Virus record (IMG/VR): IMGVR_UViG_3300044296_000239
Strand: one strand, 5' to 3'
Source: a virus
Lineage: Duplodnaviria; Heunggongvirae; Uroviricota; Caudoviricetes
Length of the DNA stretch: 64,000 nt
In this document: positions 29,565-38,782 of the stretch, in pieces
Layout: each line of letters starts with the position of its first letter
How positions within the stretch are numbered: the first letter of the stretch is position 1
Program-made: the position numbers and the translations under genes
The notes under the pieces: model-generated
What the model was told of the DNA's origin: nothing
The model's database searches: none
Seen by the model: only the letters and a program-made list of their open reading frames with translations

Positions 29565-30739
29565 TTAGTTACCTTTAAAATAATCGTATCCTCGTTGATC
29601 CGTCCATTTGGTTCCTTTGGCTTCGTAGTTAATGAAGCAAATAATTTGGCTGCTTTCGTTTTTGAAGACGACAGCACCTCTGACAATGTATCTTCAGGCT
29701 TACGCAGTGTGCGAGTTTGGGATTCGGAAGTATTGAACTTAATAAGGGAAGTGCCCTTGATTTCAAACCCAAGACCTGACTCAGCGATAAATCGTGTAAG
29801 AGCTTTGTACTTAACGTTGTAAGTCCATAACTCTGTTGCACCAATTATCAGAGACGGATTGATCGAAACTAATTTATGCTCGGGCGACTCCTTTAAGTAT
29901 TTGAGTTTTGAGAGTTGTTTCTCAAGTGATACGGGTTTTTTAACACGGGCTTTACGTACAGTTTTGGTGTTAGTACCAAATCGCTGAGCGTCCGCAATAA
30001 TGCCCTCGAACCATGACGCAAACTCTTTCTTCCGTTTTGTCGTCAGGTGTGAATAACCCTCAACTAATTGAGGATCTATCTTATTTATAGCACCTTGGAT
30101 CTCCACAAGGTGTCTTTCCGCCCACGATGTGATAAACTTAGCTGCTTGGGCAGGTAAAATAGCAGCCTTCATTGCCTCATATACATCGATCTGCGGTGAA
30201 TTACCGAGAATCCATTCATCGAGCAAATCTTCAAGATCACCTAAAACTGTTTCACTCGTTTTATTTTTAATACGATCTTGGATCGAGACGATTGGCATTT
30301 TTGGTTTGTCATCGTCTTCTACTTGTTCTTTCGACTTGCGGAGACCATGCTCCAACATCTTTTCTAGATTTCGGCGTATGCGATCTAATTCACTATCAAC
30401 AAGAATAAAGCCACGGCTACGCATGCGAAGAAGAGCTCCAGATTGTAATTCAGAACTCCAATCAGGCGCAAGATCCAATAGTTGAAGCTTGTCTTTAGTG
30501 TATTTAAGTTCGTCTTTAGCATATTTAATTAAGTCCTTCTTAAAAACTTTTCCGCTATTATAATAGTTATAATAGTTCAATGCTTGCATTACTTTAATGC
30601 GTCGATCTTGCTCATCTTTAAATTCTACGCCAATGAAAGAAGGTTCCTCACCGGTATACTTCTCATCAGCCATTAACGGATTTGTGATACGTTTCTTTGG
30701 TGGTTTAAATGTCTTACCGTTAATTTTTACTGTCGCCAT
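29561..30739 (-). CDS. hypothetical basic protein
   Basis: 392-aa ORF preceded by an early promoter. Confidence 0.6.
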   Translation of the reverse strand: MATVKINGKTFKPPKKRITNPLMADEKYTGEEPSFIGVEFKDEQDRRIKVMQALNYYNYYNSGKVFKKDLIKYAKDELKYTKDKLQLLDLAPDWSSELQSGALLRMRSRGFILVDSELDRIRRNLEKMLEHGLRKSKEQVEDDDKPKMPIVSIQDRIKNKTSETVLGDLEDLLDEWILGNSPQIDVYEAMKAAILPAQAAKFITSWAERHLVEIQGAINKIDPQLVEGYSHLTTKRKKEFASWFEGIIADAQRFGTNTKTVRKARVKKPVSLEKQLSKLKYLKESPEHKLVSINPSLIIGATELWTYNVKYKALTRFIAESGLGFEIKGTSLIKFNTSESQTRTLRKPEDTLSEVLSSSKTKAAKLFASLTTKPKEPNGRINEDTIILKVTK

Positions 30740-30756
30740 AATTCCTCCATTGTAAT

Positions 30757-30785
30757 ATTATACCACAACGAGCTATTATTGTACA
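30757..30785 (-). promoter_or_regulatory. sigma70-like early promoter
   Basis: minus: GTGTACA-N17-TGTGGTATAAT. Confidence 0.5.
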
Positions 30786-31018
30786 CTCTTTACATCAGCG
30801 ATGGTGAATGATCTCCATCCTTGCTTCTCAGTGTCAAATACTGCGAGCACATTATCATTTACTTTGTGTGTGCTACCTTCTTTAGGCTTGTGTTCTTGCG
30901 GAATGATTGATTCACTTAACGTACACATCATAGTACGCTCTGTGCCGTCTTTCTTTGTAAACACTACTTGATGAATACCATTACGCAATGTATTTTTAAT
31001 ATTTTCTTTATCAAACAT
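30776..31018 (-). CDS. small hypothetical protein
   Basis: start trimmed to MFDKENIKN; the upstream extension in the ORF track is hydrophobic junk. Confidence 0.45.
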   Translation of the reverse strand: MFDKENIKNTLRNGIHQVVFTKKDGTERTMMCTLSESIIPQEHKPKEGSTHKVNDNVLAVFDTEKQGWRSFTIADVKSVQ

Positions 31019-31022
31019 ATTT

Positions 31023-31562
31023 TTACCAATCAGATGAAGGACCTGAATCTGAAGACGATGAACTCCACGAATCAGATGATGAAGAACTACTAGACCAAGA
31101 TGAAGATGTGTCCATTGAATCACTAATAGATTTACGACTATCACTGTCGTCTAATCCCCATGATGGTCTCGTATCAACTTTAGGTGATTCGATTACTGGT
31201 GATTCGCTATGATGATGACTATGCGTGAGAGAATCAATTAGCATACCTGTCAACATACCATTCACAAATCCGTCATCGCTTGATTGTTGTACACTTTGTG
31301 TTGGAGATGCGAAATGAGTTGGTGGTTTACTCTCAACTTCTTTACGATACTCTTCAACTTTCTTTTGTGTTACTGGTGAAGTTGCAGGCTTTTTCATTCG
31401 ATCACGTAAAGCACGATCACGATCTAAAGCAGCTTGCGCTGAAGCGATTGCACGTTCTGTCTCTTCTCGTTTTCTTTTAAGATGTGAGAAGAGTTTAACG
31501 AATAGGCTTGTGATGATAGCCGTAGCTATCAACCCTACTACTAATAGTAAGCAATCATCCAT
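31023..31562 (-). CDS. membrane-anchored protein with Ser-rich C-terminus (possible NfeD-like partner of the SPFH protein)
   Basis: 179 aa; N-terminal TM LLLVVGLIATAIITSLFV; charged coiled segment; C-terminal SSSSSSSDSWSSSSSDS. Confidence 0.5.
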   Translation of the reverse strand: MDDCLLLVVGLIATAIITSLFVKLFSHLKRKREETERAIASAQAALDRDRALRDRMKKPATSPVTQKKVEEYRKEVESKPPTHFASPTQSVQQSSDDGFVNGMLTGMLIDSLTHSHHHSESPVIESPKVDTRPSWGLDDSDSRKSISDSMDTSSSWSSSSSSSDSWSSSSSDSGPSSDW

Positions 31563-31564
31563 GA

Positions 31565-32368
31565 TTATTTGCTACCAACTGGAACGACTGGTTGTGCAGA
31601 TCCACCAATGATGAGTGTCTGACCTTTGAAGTTAGCGATAGCACCAGGCAATTCACGTAGATACTGTGCTTGTGCTTCAGCCGTCATCAATGGGATCATC
31701 GTTGGGTTTGCTTGCATAGACTCATTACGTTTTTTAGCGGTAGCAACTTTGATCTCTTCAGTCTTCAGTTCGTTCTTTGCTTTAACCAATTCATTTGCAG
31801 ATGCAACGATTGAGTCTGCTGGAAGAACATTACGCACGAGAACTTGAGAGATGGTGATTGTACCATCGAGCTTTTCATCAGCAAGTGTCTTAGTAATATA
31901 TTCTTTGATTTCTTGTTCCATCTGACCACGATTGTCAGCCATATTTAGAGCTTCATATTTACGTGCAGATTTGTAGATAGCATTACGAGCTGCATTAAAG
32001 ATGTAGTTGTACATCAAATAAGTGTCGCCATTGTGAACAGCATGGAATGATTTATTCTTACTGTTATAGATCTCTGCTACTTGAGATTGATTGATGTTAT
32101 AGATGACGATGGCATCAAAGTCCTTCATCGTTGAGTTATCAGCTGCAAGAGGAGTCAAGTCTTCAACTTTAACTGCAACCTCTTTTACTGGAAATGTCAT
32201 GACTGAACCGATGATCGTTTGATTAAACGAACCAGGCAAAAGTTCATCAGTCTTAACTTGTTTGTCGAAGCCAACACGCAAACCAACTTCACCGGTCTCA
32301 ATACGTGTACATGCAGGCAATGCTGCAACAGCCATGGCAATTGCCAAAAGTTTCATAGACGTCTTCAT
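31565..32368 (-). CDS. SPFH/band-7 (prohibitin/HflC-like) domain lipoprotein
   Basis: lipobox LPAC after the signal peptide MKTSMKLLAIAMAVAA; EVGLRVGF...DAIVIYNI...AIYKSARKYE is typical of SPFH; start trimmed to MKTSM (RBS AAGGA). Confidence 0.55.
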   Translation of the reverse strand: MKTSMKLLAIAMAVAALPACTRIETGEVGLRVGFDKQVKTDELLPGSFNQTIIGSVMTFPVKEVAVKVEDLTPLAADNSTMKDFDAIVIYNINQSQVAEIYNSKNKSFHAVHNGDTYLMYNYIFNAARNAIYKSARKYEALNMADNRGQMEQEIKEYITKTLADEKLDGTITISQVLVRNVLPADSIVASANELVKAKNELKTEEIKVATAKKRNESMQANPTMIPLMTAEAQAQYLRELPGAIANFKGQTLIIGGSAQPVVPVGSK

Positions 32369-32655
32369 ATAAATCCTTAAAATAAAATCACGATCAATGT
32401 CATTGTAGCCACTGCTAACAGCGTACACACAAGACTATACATTACCAACTTTGCTACTGACCACTTCTCACGTTTAGTGAGTTGTAGGAATGTTGGAATT
32501 CCAACATAGAATACAGCAAAGATGATCAAGAATACGAGCCAAAGTCGAATCATATAGTTCCTTAAAAAGTGCCGGTTACTCCGTCCGGCGACCTATGCAG
32601 CCAGATTCTCCCGAATGTGGTGGTCAGTCTAAGCTTCTTTTAGGAAAGGAGCTGC

Positions 32656-33153
32656 TTAGTCCATCGAATTGCGAAAATCACCAAGACCGAACTCGTTGCG
32701 TAGAGACACTACGTCATCATAGCCAACGGTATTATCGAAACCACCGGTACCGATATCTGAGTCTTCCTTAGCTGCACGTTTGGATGCAGTCACTTTGGTT
32801 GCGGTAACTTTTGCAACTTTAGCTTTAGGTGCAGACGATTTGACTGTCGACACTTTAGCCTTAACAGCTTTTACTTTTGTCTTAGGTGCGAGAGCTGCGT
32901 CAGCTTCTGGCGTACCTTTGATCAATGCACCTTTCGTAGGCATCTTGTAGACACCTTTCGACACTTGGTTAGTGAAAAAGTAGAACGGATACTCGTTACC
33001 ATTGCGTGGATTCAAACCCATCGCACGAATAACTTTGATTGCATCCTTCCACTGGAAAGTGCCACCACTCTTAACTTCAGGATGTGCTGCGTAGAATTTC
33101 TTCTCGAAATTAGTAACGAAGCTTGCATCATACACACGTGCTTTACGACCCAT
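32656..33153 (-). CDS. DNA-binding-like protein with histone-H1-like Lys/Ala-rich tail
   Basis: 165 aa; AKVAKVTATKVTASKRAAK repeats. Confidence 0.5.
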   Translation of the reverse strand: MGRKARVYDASFVTNFEKKFYAAHPEVKSGGTFQWKDAIKVIRAMGLNPRNGNEYPFYFFTNQVSKGVYKMPTKGALIKGTPEADAALAPKTKVKAVKAKVSTVKSSAPKAKVAKVTATKVTASKRAAKEDSDIGTGGFDNTVGYDDVVSLRNEFGLGDFRNSMD

Positions 33154-33298
33154 AATTTAACTCCTTTTCAGTTTCACGTTTAGTCGTTTGTCGGCAAAAA
33201 ACCAACTTCTTGCTCATGACTATACGCATACGATATTTCGGTGTGCGCAGATCCTTAGCGATAGGATTGCGTTTGCGAGTTACTTTTTGCTTAGTCAT
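33142..33298 (-). CDS. small highly basic protein (51 aa)
   Basis: MTKQKVTRKRNPIAKDLRTPKYRMRIV...; the stop overlaps the downstream start; preceded by an early promoter; below the ORF-track size cutoff. Confidence 0.35.
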
Positions 33299-33303
33299 GA
33301 TAT

Positions 33304-33333
33304 ATTATACCACAATTTTACATGCTTGTAAAC
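33304..33333 (-). promoter_or_regulatory. sigma70-like early promoter
   Basis: minus: GTTTACA-N17-TGTGGTATAAT. Confidence 0.5.
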
Positions 33334-33335
33334 TG

Positions 33336-33498
33336 GGGCCCCTTAAAGTTTATTGCTAATTTTTTGAACACCGAACAACATAGACAAAAGACCTAACATT
33401 GCGATGAACAGAAGTGCAGGTAATTGTGCATCAGTGGCATTATCCATGCCGCCAACTGCACCGAAGACCAACAAGAAACCAATCACTGTACGAATCAT
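33336..33498 (-). CDS. small membrane protein (about 54 aa)
   Basis: MIRTVIGFLLVFGAVGG...; RBS AGGAATAAAC; below the ORF-track size cutoff. Confidence 0.35.
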
Positions 33499-33529
33499 TT
33501 GTTTATTCCTTTTTTCAATTTATGGATCC

Positions 33530-33558
33530 ATTATACCCTATATCCTGCTGTTTGTACA
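33530..33558 (-). promoter_or_regulatory. sigma70-like early promoter
   Basis: minus: TGTACA-N17-AGGGTATAAT. Confidence 0.45.
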
Positions 33559-33654
33559 TAGGCCCCCCTAAAATATTTTTCGCAGAAAAAAAGCCAATGA
33601 AATCATTGGCTTGCACGGAGGGGCTTAGATCCTGGTGTATTCCACCAGGTGAAA

Positions 33655-33954
33655 TTATAACTTTTGTATACTATCTAGCTTAGCTCGGAATGCTTTTACC
33701 TTGCTAGTACGATCTGGCCAGTGAATGTATGCCTTCTCAGGATTTGCTTCTAAGTTTTTCAATAGTGGTTCAATTGACTTGCGTAGTAGCATGATCTTTT
33801 CTTTGAGCGCGTCTACTTCTTCGCTAGTAGCAACAAGCTTGTTGCTTGTCTCTTCGACTTGCGCGAGGGTTTGTTGTACTGACTCTAGTTCTTCTTCATC
33901 GACTGCGGTAAATCCGAAGTCAAAGTCAATCTCTTGTACTTGATTCTTATTCAT
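33655..33954 (-). CDS. hypothetical coiled-coil protein
   Basis: 99-aa ORF. Confidence 0.5.
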   Translation of the reverse strand: MNKNQVQEIDFDFGFTAVDEEELESVQQTLAQVEETSNKLVATSEEVDALKEKIMLLRKSIEPLLKNLEANPEKAYIHWPDRTSKVKAFRAKLDSIQKL

Positions 33955-34472
33955 AGTAATTCTTCCAATCGTGTGCCTTCTTTTGTATTATGAACGATGA
34001 TGTTGAATCCTCTGTATTTTTGCCATCTTTCACGCCAATGTATGTATAGATCAAATTGCGCTCTATTGCGTTCAATGATTTGATCTGTTCTAGTTTCTTG
34101 TGTATCTGCCCAAATCGAATCGAATCCCCACAGATGTATTTCATCATAGTCATGTTCTATTGCCCAATCAACTGCTACATGACCGGCGCTCATATACTTT
34201 TCAAGATACGGTACTTTGTGCCATATCTCAAATTCATGTGTTATCTCTTTTTCTTCAAGCGTTGGCATTGCATAAACAGAGGTGATGATAGGTTTATGTT
34301 GAAATAGAGATCTATTACCGCAATACTTTAAAAATGGTCTTTTATCTAATACAACAGATACATCCACTGGATGATCATGTATATTACAACCTATAACAAA
34401 ATTGTCTACGGGGGCATAAAGTGCCAAGCTTGGTCCGTTACCTAATACATCTGCGCGCATTATTTGATCCAA
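33951..34472 (-). CDS. hypothetical protein
   Basis: 173-aa ORF; the palindromic TATTTATAAATA late motif is upstream on its strand. Confidence 0.55.
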   Translation of the reverse strand: MDQIMRADVLGNGPSLALYAPVDNFVIGCNIHDHPVDVSVVLDKRPFLKYCGNRSLFQHKPIITSVYAMPTLEEKEITHEFEIWHKVPYLEKYMSAGHVAVDWAIEHDYDEIHLWGFDSIWADTQETRTDQIIERNRAQFDLYIHWRERWQKYRGFNIIVHNTKEGTRLEELL

Positions 34473-34495
34473 ATCAATGTTTACATGCTTTTATT

Positions 34496-34503
34496 TATAA
34501 ATA
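34496..34503 (+). promoter_or_regulatory. T4-type late promoter TATAAATA; the near-palindrome TATTTATAAATA can be read on both strands
   Basis: exact TATAAATA 54 nt upstream of the ATG at 34557; the same element in reverse could serve the divergent gene 33951..34472. Confidence 0.5.
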
Positions 34504-34508
34504 CATCC

Positions 34509-34531
34509 AGAGGCAAAAAATGCCTCTTTTT
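34509..34531 (+). terminator. leader stem-loop with U-tract (attenuator/terminator-like) between the late promoter and the operon start
   Basis: AGAGGCA-aaaaa-TGCCTCT followed by TTTTT. Confidence 0.4.
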
Positions 34532-34556
34532 ACACAACAACAACGGAATTTCAAAA

Positions 34557-35225
34557 ATGTACAAAAAGGTCGCCACAAGCGTGCTTTTTGTTATGTTTAC
34601 ATTAAACGCTTGGGCAGTAGATCCAATCGTAACTGACTCGACTTCAAATAGCACTGCATATTCAAAATCCGATACAACTACTAAAGTTATATCTCCACCT
34701 CCAACTGCTGTTGCACCAGCTGTAACAGTAATCAACAATGACGTTTGTGCCACAGCAGCTAGTGGTGCAGTTCAAACACAGATTCTTGGCATCTCTATGG
34801 GCGGTACAGTTAGAGATATGAATTGTGAAAGAATCAAACTATCAAAGAATCTATATGACATGGGCATGAAAGTTGCAGCTGTTGCAACGCTATGTCAAGA
34901 TGATCGTGTATTCCAAGCTATGTTAGATGCCGGTACACCATGCCCAGTTATGGGTAAAATTGGCGAATCCGCAAAAGAAGTTTGGATTCAACGCGGTCGT
35001 GTTAGCGAAAAAGATATCGTAAAACAAACTCCTGAAAAAGCAAAGGAAGAACCACTAAGAGAAACTGGTAAAGATGGAAAGGAGGCGCAGGAGACTTCAC
35101 AGTCAAATGCTGAAACGTTTCCAGTCGCAAGACAGTCAACTGTGGTGGCAAATCCCCTCTGTGCTGCTGATCCTAAAGTTGCTGCTGGTGATCCTGTAAG
35201 AAAAGCTGAACTCGGCTGTAACTAA
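34557..35225 (+). CDS. secreted protein (signal peptide), first gene of the late plus-strand operon
   Basis: start trimmed to MYKKVATSVLFVMFTLNAWA|VDP; Thr/Ser-rich region, 4 Cys. Confidence 0.6.
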   Translation: MYKKVATSVLFVMFTLNAWAVDPIVTDSTSNSTAYSKSDTTTKVISPPPTAVAPAVTVINNDVCATAASGAVQTQILGISMGGTVRDMNCERIKLSKNLYDMGMKVAAVATLCQDDRVFQAMLDAGTPCPVMGKIGESAKEVWIQRGRVSEKDIVKQTPEKAKEEPLRETGKDGKEAQETSQSNAETFPVARQSTVVANPLCAADPKVAAGDPVRKAELGCN

Positions 35226-35227
35226 TC

Positions 35228-37630
35228 ATGCGCAAGTTTCTAGTATTCATTTACTGGACTTTTGCTGTTGTTGCTGTGTGGAGTGGTGATATTGTTGCTC
35301 CACAAGCACAAGTTGGTTCAGTAATAAACACAGTCACTGATACTTCTACGACTGCTAACCTAATCACGTCACCATTATCGCCAACTGTTAATGCTACTAC
35401 ACCAGGTGGATTCACTGGTGGTAGTTCAGTTGGATACAATGCATCAACTAATGCGTATTATTTTGGCTATATGCAAAGAACTATTGCTACTTCTGTAGCA
35501 ATTAATAATGCATTACAGGGTAGCGGTGTACAGGTGAATGGTGTTAAGTATGGTATGACATATCTTAACGGTGCTGATTCATATGGCACATTAAGCATGG
35601 CAGTTAATGTTACTAGTAACACTGGCACAACTCTACAGTCATATAATCATTCATTTAATACTCAAAACTCTACTTGGCAGCAGTTTGACCAAACACAAAC
35701 GTTTACTAACCCATATGCTTTAGCAAATTTGGGCAATGTTAGCATGTCCATTACAGGCAAAGACTCTCGTTTTTGGGCAGGTTATTATGGTCCACAAGTG
35801 AAAGATCCATATCTTAAACTAACATACGGTTCTGATCCTAAGACATACTATAACATTTCTGATGATGGTTATGTTCCAGTTGCTTTACCATTTACGTTTC
35901 CATTTTATGGTAGAAACTTTACACAATCATATTTCTTTTCCAATGGTGTAGTTGGTTTCTTAGATCCTACCACTCATTGGAATAGTTTTTGTTGTGATGG
36001 TGTAAATTTAACTAACAATCCTGGATCTCCATGGCATTTCGCGATCTATGCTTTGCAGACAGACTTGATTGCAGCAAATGCAAATGCTAAGTTCTATACA
36101 CAAACTGATAGTAGCTCATACATGAAGTATGCATGGAGCAACATCAACGAATATGGTACACAAAACTTAAACACATTCAGTGCAACTATTAAGCCAACCG
36201 GTTATATTGGTATCCAACATGATGCTATCAACGTTCAGTATCATAACGTAACGACTGGCATCGCAGGTGATTTATCACAAGGTCAATATAGTCAATACTA
36301 TAATGGTCCAGGAAGATCATTTCCATATACAGCTGGTTCTGTGATCACTTTTACTGGAACAGAAACAAATCTATGTTTCTCTAATCCATTAAGTAACCCT
36401 TCGTGTCCAGGATATGCAGCTGCGTACTACTCACAGCAGTGTTCTATTAGTGCACTGTATGACTCATCATGTCCAGGATATGCAGCTGCATATTTAGATC
36501 AACAGTGTTCGGCTAATCCATTATATTCCACAACTTGTCCTGGGTATGAAAGAGCATATTTTAATCAACAATGCTCTTTAAATCCACTATACAACATCAA
36601 TTGCTCTGGATATGCTACTGCTTATCACAATCAACAGTGTTCATTAAATCCTCTTTATGCAACAGATTGTGTTGGTTATGCAGATGCTTATTATGTTCAA
36701 CAATGCACAGCAAATCCGCTATATGATAGCGGATGTACAGGTTATGCAGCTGCATTTAAAGCTCAACAATGTAGTTTAAATACATTATATGCAACAGACT
36801 GTCCAGGTTATGCTCAAGCATATTTCAATCAACAATGTTCTCTGAATGGACTCTATGATAGACTTTGTCCTAATTATTCTACTGCTTATGCTACCAAAAT
36901 GTTGCTCGAACAACAAAATACTGCTAGCATCGTTGCCACCGCTGGTGTTGTTGCTTCTACTGCACCTAGCACTAGCACAGGAACTGCCACCACATCAGTG
37001 AGTAGTGATGGTACTGTATCAACTACTACTACATCAGCAACTGGTAACACAACAGTTGATAAAGTAGTTGCTGCACCAACAAGTACAACAAACACAGCTG
37101 CAGCTCCTGCCGCTCCAGTTCAATTAGTACAATCAGCACCTCCTCCATCATCACCAGTTGCACCTCAACAACAGGCTTCACAACAAGAAAAGAAACCTGA
37201 AGGTGGTCAACAAAAACCTGAAGGTAGTAGTCAACAACAAGCTGGTGGACCACAACAACAAGGCGGAGGTCAACAAGGTGGTGAGAAAACACAACCGACT
37301 AATCGTCAAGCTTTAGCTGAACGTAGATTAGAAGCTGCGCGAGCAAAAGCAGTTGAAGAAGGTAAAAATATGGCAGGCGAAATTGGTAAAGCATCAGATC
37401 TTGAAGCACAAAAAGCAGTACAAGGCGTTGTCGTTGCTGCTATGAACTTCGTTCCAGGATTTGATCGTTATTCAACAGTGTTTGTACCAGATGTGATCGG
37501 CTATAAACCGTTTACTGTCTATAATAATCAAAAAACCGTAGATAATGCTAGATTGATGAGAGGATTATCTGGTGCCTCAGATAGATTACATGAGGAAATC
37601 GTAGCATCACAATATAACAAAGGAAATTAA
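35228..37630 (+). CDS. large secreted/exported protein with 7.5 Cys-containing 22-aa tandem repeats, Thr/Ser-rich and Gln/Pro-rich low-complexity regions
   Basis: 800 aa; N-terminal signal-like MRKFLVFIYWTFAVVAVWSG; repeats CPGYAxAYxxQQCSxNPLYxxx x7.5; C-terminal QQQASQQEKKPEGGQQKPEG. Confidence 0.75.
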   Translation: MRKFLVFIYWTFAVVAVWSGDIVAPQAQVGSVINTVTDTSTTANLITSPLSPTVNATTPGGFTGGSSVGYNASTNAYYFGYMQRTIATSVAINNALQGSGVQVNGVKYGMTYLNGADSYGTLSMAVNVTSNTGTTLQSYNHSFNTQNSTWQQFDQTQTFTNPYALANLGNVSMSITGKDSRFWAGYYGPQVKDPYLKLTYGSDPKTYYNISDDGYVPVALPFTFPFYGRNFTQSYFFSNGVVGFLDPTTHWNSFCCDGVNLTNNPGSPWHFAIYALQTDLIAANANAKFYTQTDSSSYMKYAWSNINEYGTQNLNTFSATIKPTGYIGIQHDAINVQYHNVTTGIAGDLSQGQYSQYYNGPGRSFPYTAGSVITFTGTETNLCFSNPLSNPSCPGYAAAYYSQQCSISALYDSSCPGYAAAYLDQQCSANPLYSTTCPGYERAYFNQQCSLNPLYNINCSGYATAYHNQQCSLNPLYATDCVGYADAYYVQQCTANPLYDSGCTGYAAAFKAQQCSLNTLYATDCPGYAQAYFNQQCSLNGLYDRLCPNYSTAYATKMLLEQQNTASIVATAGVVASTAPSTSTGTATTSVSSDGTVSTTTTSATGNTTVDKVVAAPTSTTNTAAAPAAPVQLVQSAPPPSSPVAPQQQASQQEKKPEGGQQKPEGSSQQQAGGPQQQGGGQQGGEKTQPTNRQALAERRLEAARAKAVEEGKNMAGEIGKASDLEAQKAVQGVVVAAMNFVPGFDRYSTVFVPDVIGYKPFTVYNNQKTVDNARLMRGLSGASDRLHEEIVASQYNKGN
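36404..36895 (+). repeat. in-frame 66-nt tandem repeat array (about 7.5 units) inside the 800-aa CDS
   Basis: units beginning tgtccaggatatgcagctgc... recur every 66 nt with diverged wobble positions; each unit encodes two Cys. Confidence 0.8.
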
Positions 37631-37631
37631 A

Positions 37632-37952
37632 ATGGCAACACAAGATACAAAGGGCGCATTCATAGAGAAGTTGTTATTTGCTCTATTACCGCTGATCATG
37701 GCAGGTGTAGGTTATTTACTAAATTCAGTAAGTCAACTTAATCACCAAGTAACAATTTTAGAAAGCAAAGTAAGTCTAGTAGTTACACAGGATAACAAAC
37801 AAGCATCTAACACTGGTAGTGAACTTGCTCGTGAAAAACTACGCCAAGACTTAACAGAAGCAATTCAAAAGAATCGTGATGCGATCCAGGCGAATAAAGA
37901 AATGATTGCTATTATCGAAGAAAAATTAAAACACATGAACAAAGGAAAGTAA
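37632..37952 (+). CDS. small membrane protein with coiled-coil
   Basis: 106 aa; TM LLFALLPLIMAGVGYLL; ATG overlaps the upstream stop. Confidence 0.6.
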   Translation: MATQDTKGAFIEKLLFALLPLIMAGVGYLLNSVSQLNHQVTILESKVSLVVTQDNKQASNTGSELAREKLRQDLTEAIQKNRDAIQANKEMIAIIEEKLKHMNKGK

Positions 37953-37953
37953 A

Positions 37954-38466
37954 ATGTCAGAAGAAATCAAAAGCGTCGATGCAAAGATTGACGAAGCAGA
38001 AGCCGCTGTAAAGAAGTATGCTAGTAAAGATACAGTAATCAGCATTGGTGGATATGAATTTACACCAGCTAAGTTGATGGTTGCGTTTACATTAGCATCA
38101 TCAATTCTTGGTGGTTTATATGGAACGTTTGAAGTCTACAAAGACTATCAAAGTATGAAGAAGCGTATCGCTGAGTATGTTGCGCCGGACCTTTCAGAAC
38201 TTCAAGCTAAGATGGATATCGTAGTTGAAAAGTCAGAGAAGTCTGTTCAATACACTCAAGATATTAAGAATGATCTTAAACAAGACATTCGTCGTTTAGA
38301 AGGTGTGGTTGATTCAGTTGAACGTAATTCAAAAGCAACTGAACGTGAGTTGAGTGTAGATATGAGAAACCTTCGTAAAGAAACTGAATTAGCTATTAAA
38401 GAAACTAATTCTAATGTTGATAAGAAGATTCAACGAGCATTAGATAACCCGTTAGCTAACAAATGA
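37954..38466 (+). CDS. membrane protein with coiled-coil
   Basis: 170 aa; TM LMVAFTLASSILGGLYG; coiled C-terminus. Confidence 0.6.
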   Translation: MSEEIKSVDAKIDEAEAAVKKYASKDTVISIGGYEFTPAKLMVAFTLASSILGGLYGTFEVYKDYQSMKKRIAEYVAPDLSELQAKMDIVVEKSEKSVQYTQDIKNDLKQDIRRLEGVVDSVERNSKATERELSVDMRNLRKETELAIKETNSNVDKKIQRALDNPLANK

Positions 38467-38578
38467 TTAATGTACTCATAGATTTATGGGTGAATCATGT
38501 ACTACATCTTTGGTTTATGCCATACTTTATAGCAGGTAAAACCACAGAGAATGAACTGCACGAATGTGCAAAAAGAAA

Positions 38579-38601
38579 GGGAGCGTAAGCTCCCTTTTTT
38601 T
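38579..38601 (+). terminator. rho-independent terminator (bidirectional)
   Basis: GGGAGC-gtaa-GCTCCC followed by T7; near-copy of the 16379-16401 element. Confidence 0.7.
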
Positions 38602-38782
38602 ATTTCTTCTTAGTATCTTCTACTTCAAGCTTTTTGTGTTTCTTGATCTCTTTGCATTGCTCAGTTACTTTTCCTGTCTTTGCATCCTTAACTTCTACAC
38701 AAGCCTTTTCTTTTTTGACCTCTCCTGCATACACATATTGTGTGCCTAAGGCGATACAAATTGCCAATAAAATTTGTTTCAT
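38600..38782 (-). CDS. small secreted Lys-rich protein
   Basis: 60 aa; signal peptide MKQILLAICIALGTQYVYA. Confidence 0.4.
   Translation of the reverse strand: MKQILLAICIALGTQYVYAGEVKKEKACVEVKDAKTGKVTEQCKEIKKHKKLEVEDTKKK

Noticed and set aside
27298-35225. Long N-terminal extensions given by the ORF track for gp32 (to 28272), the SPFH lipoprotein (to 32428), the first late-operon gene (from 34464), 30776..31144 and 17490..18467
   Set aside because: The extensions are hydrophobic or low-complexity and lack RBSs. Internal ATGs with Shine-Dalgarno sequences, and homology in the case of gp32, mark the true starts.
36404-36895. CRISPR-like array, suggested by regular 66-nt periodicity
   Set aside because: The repeats are in-frame coding repeats of a large ORF, diverged mainly at wobble positions. 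There are no spacer-like unique segments and no cas genes.
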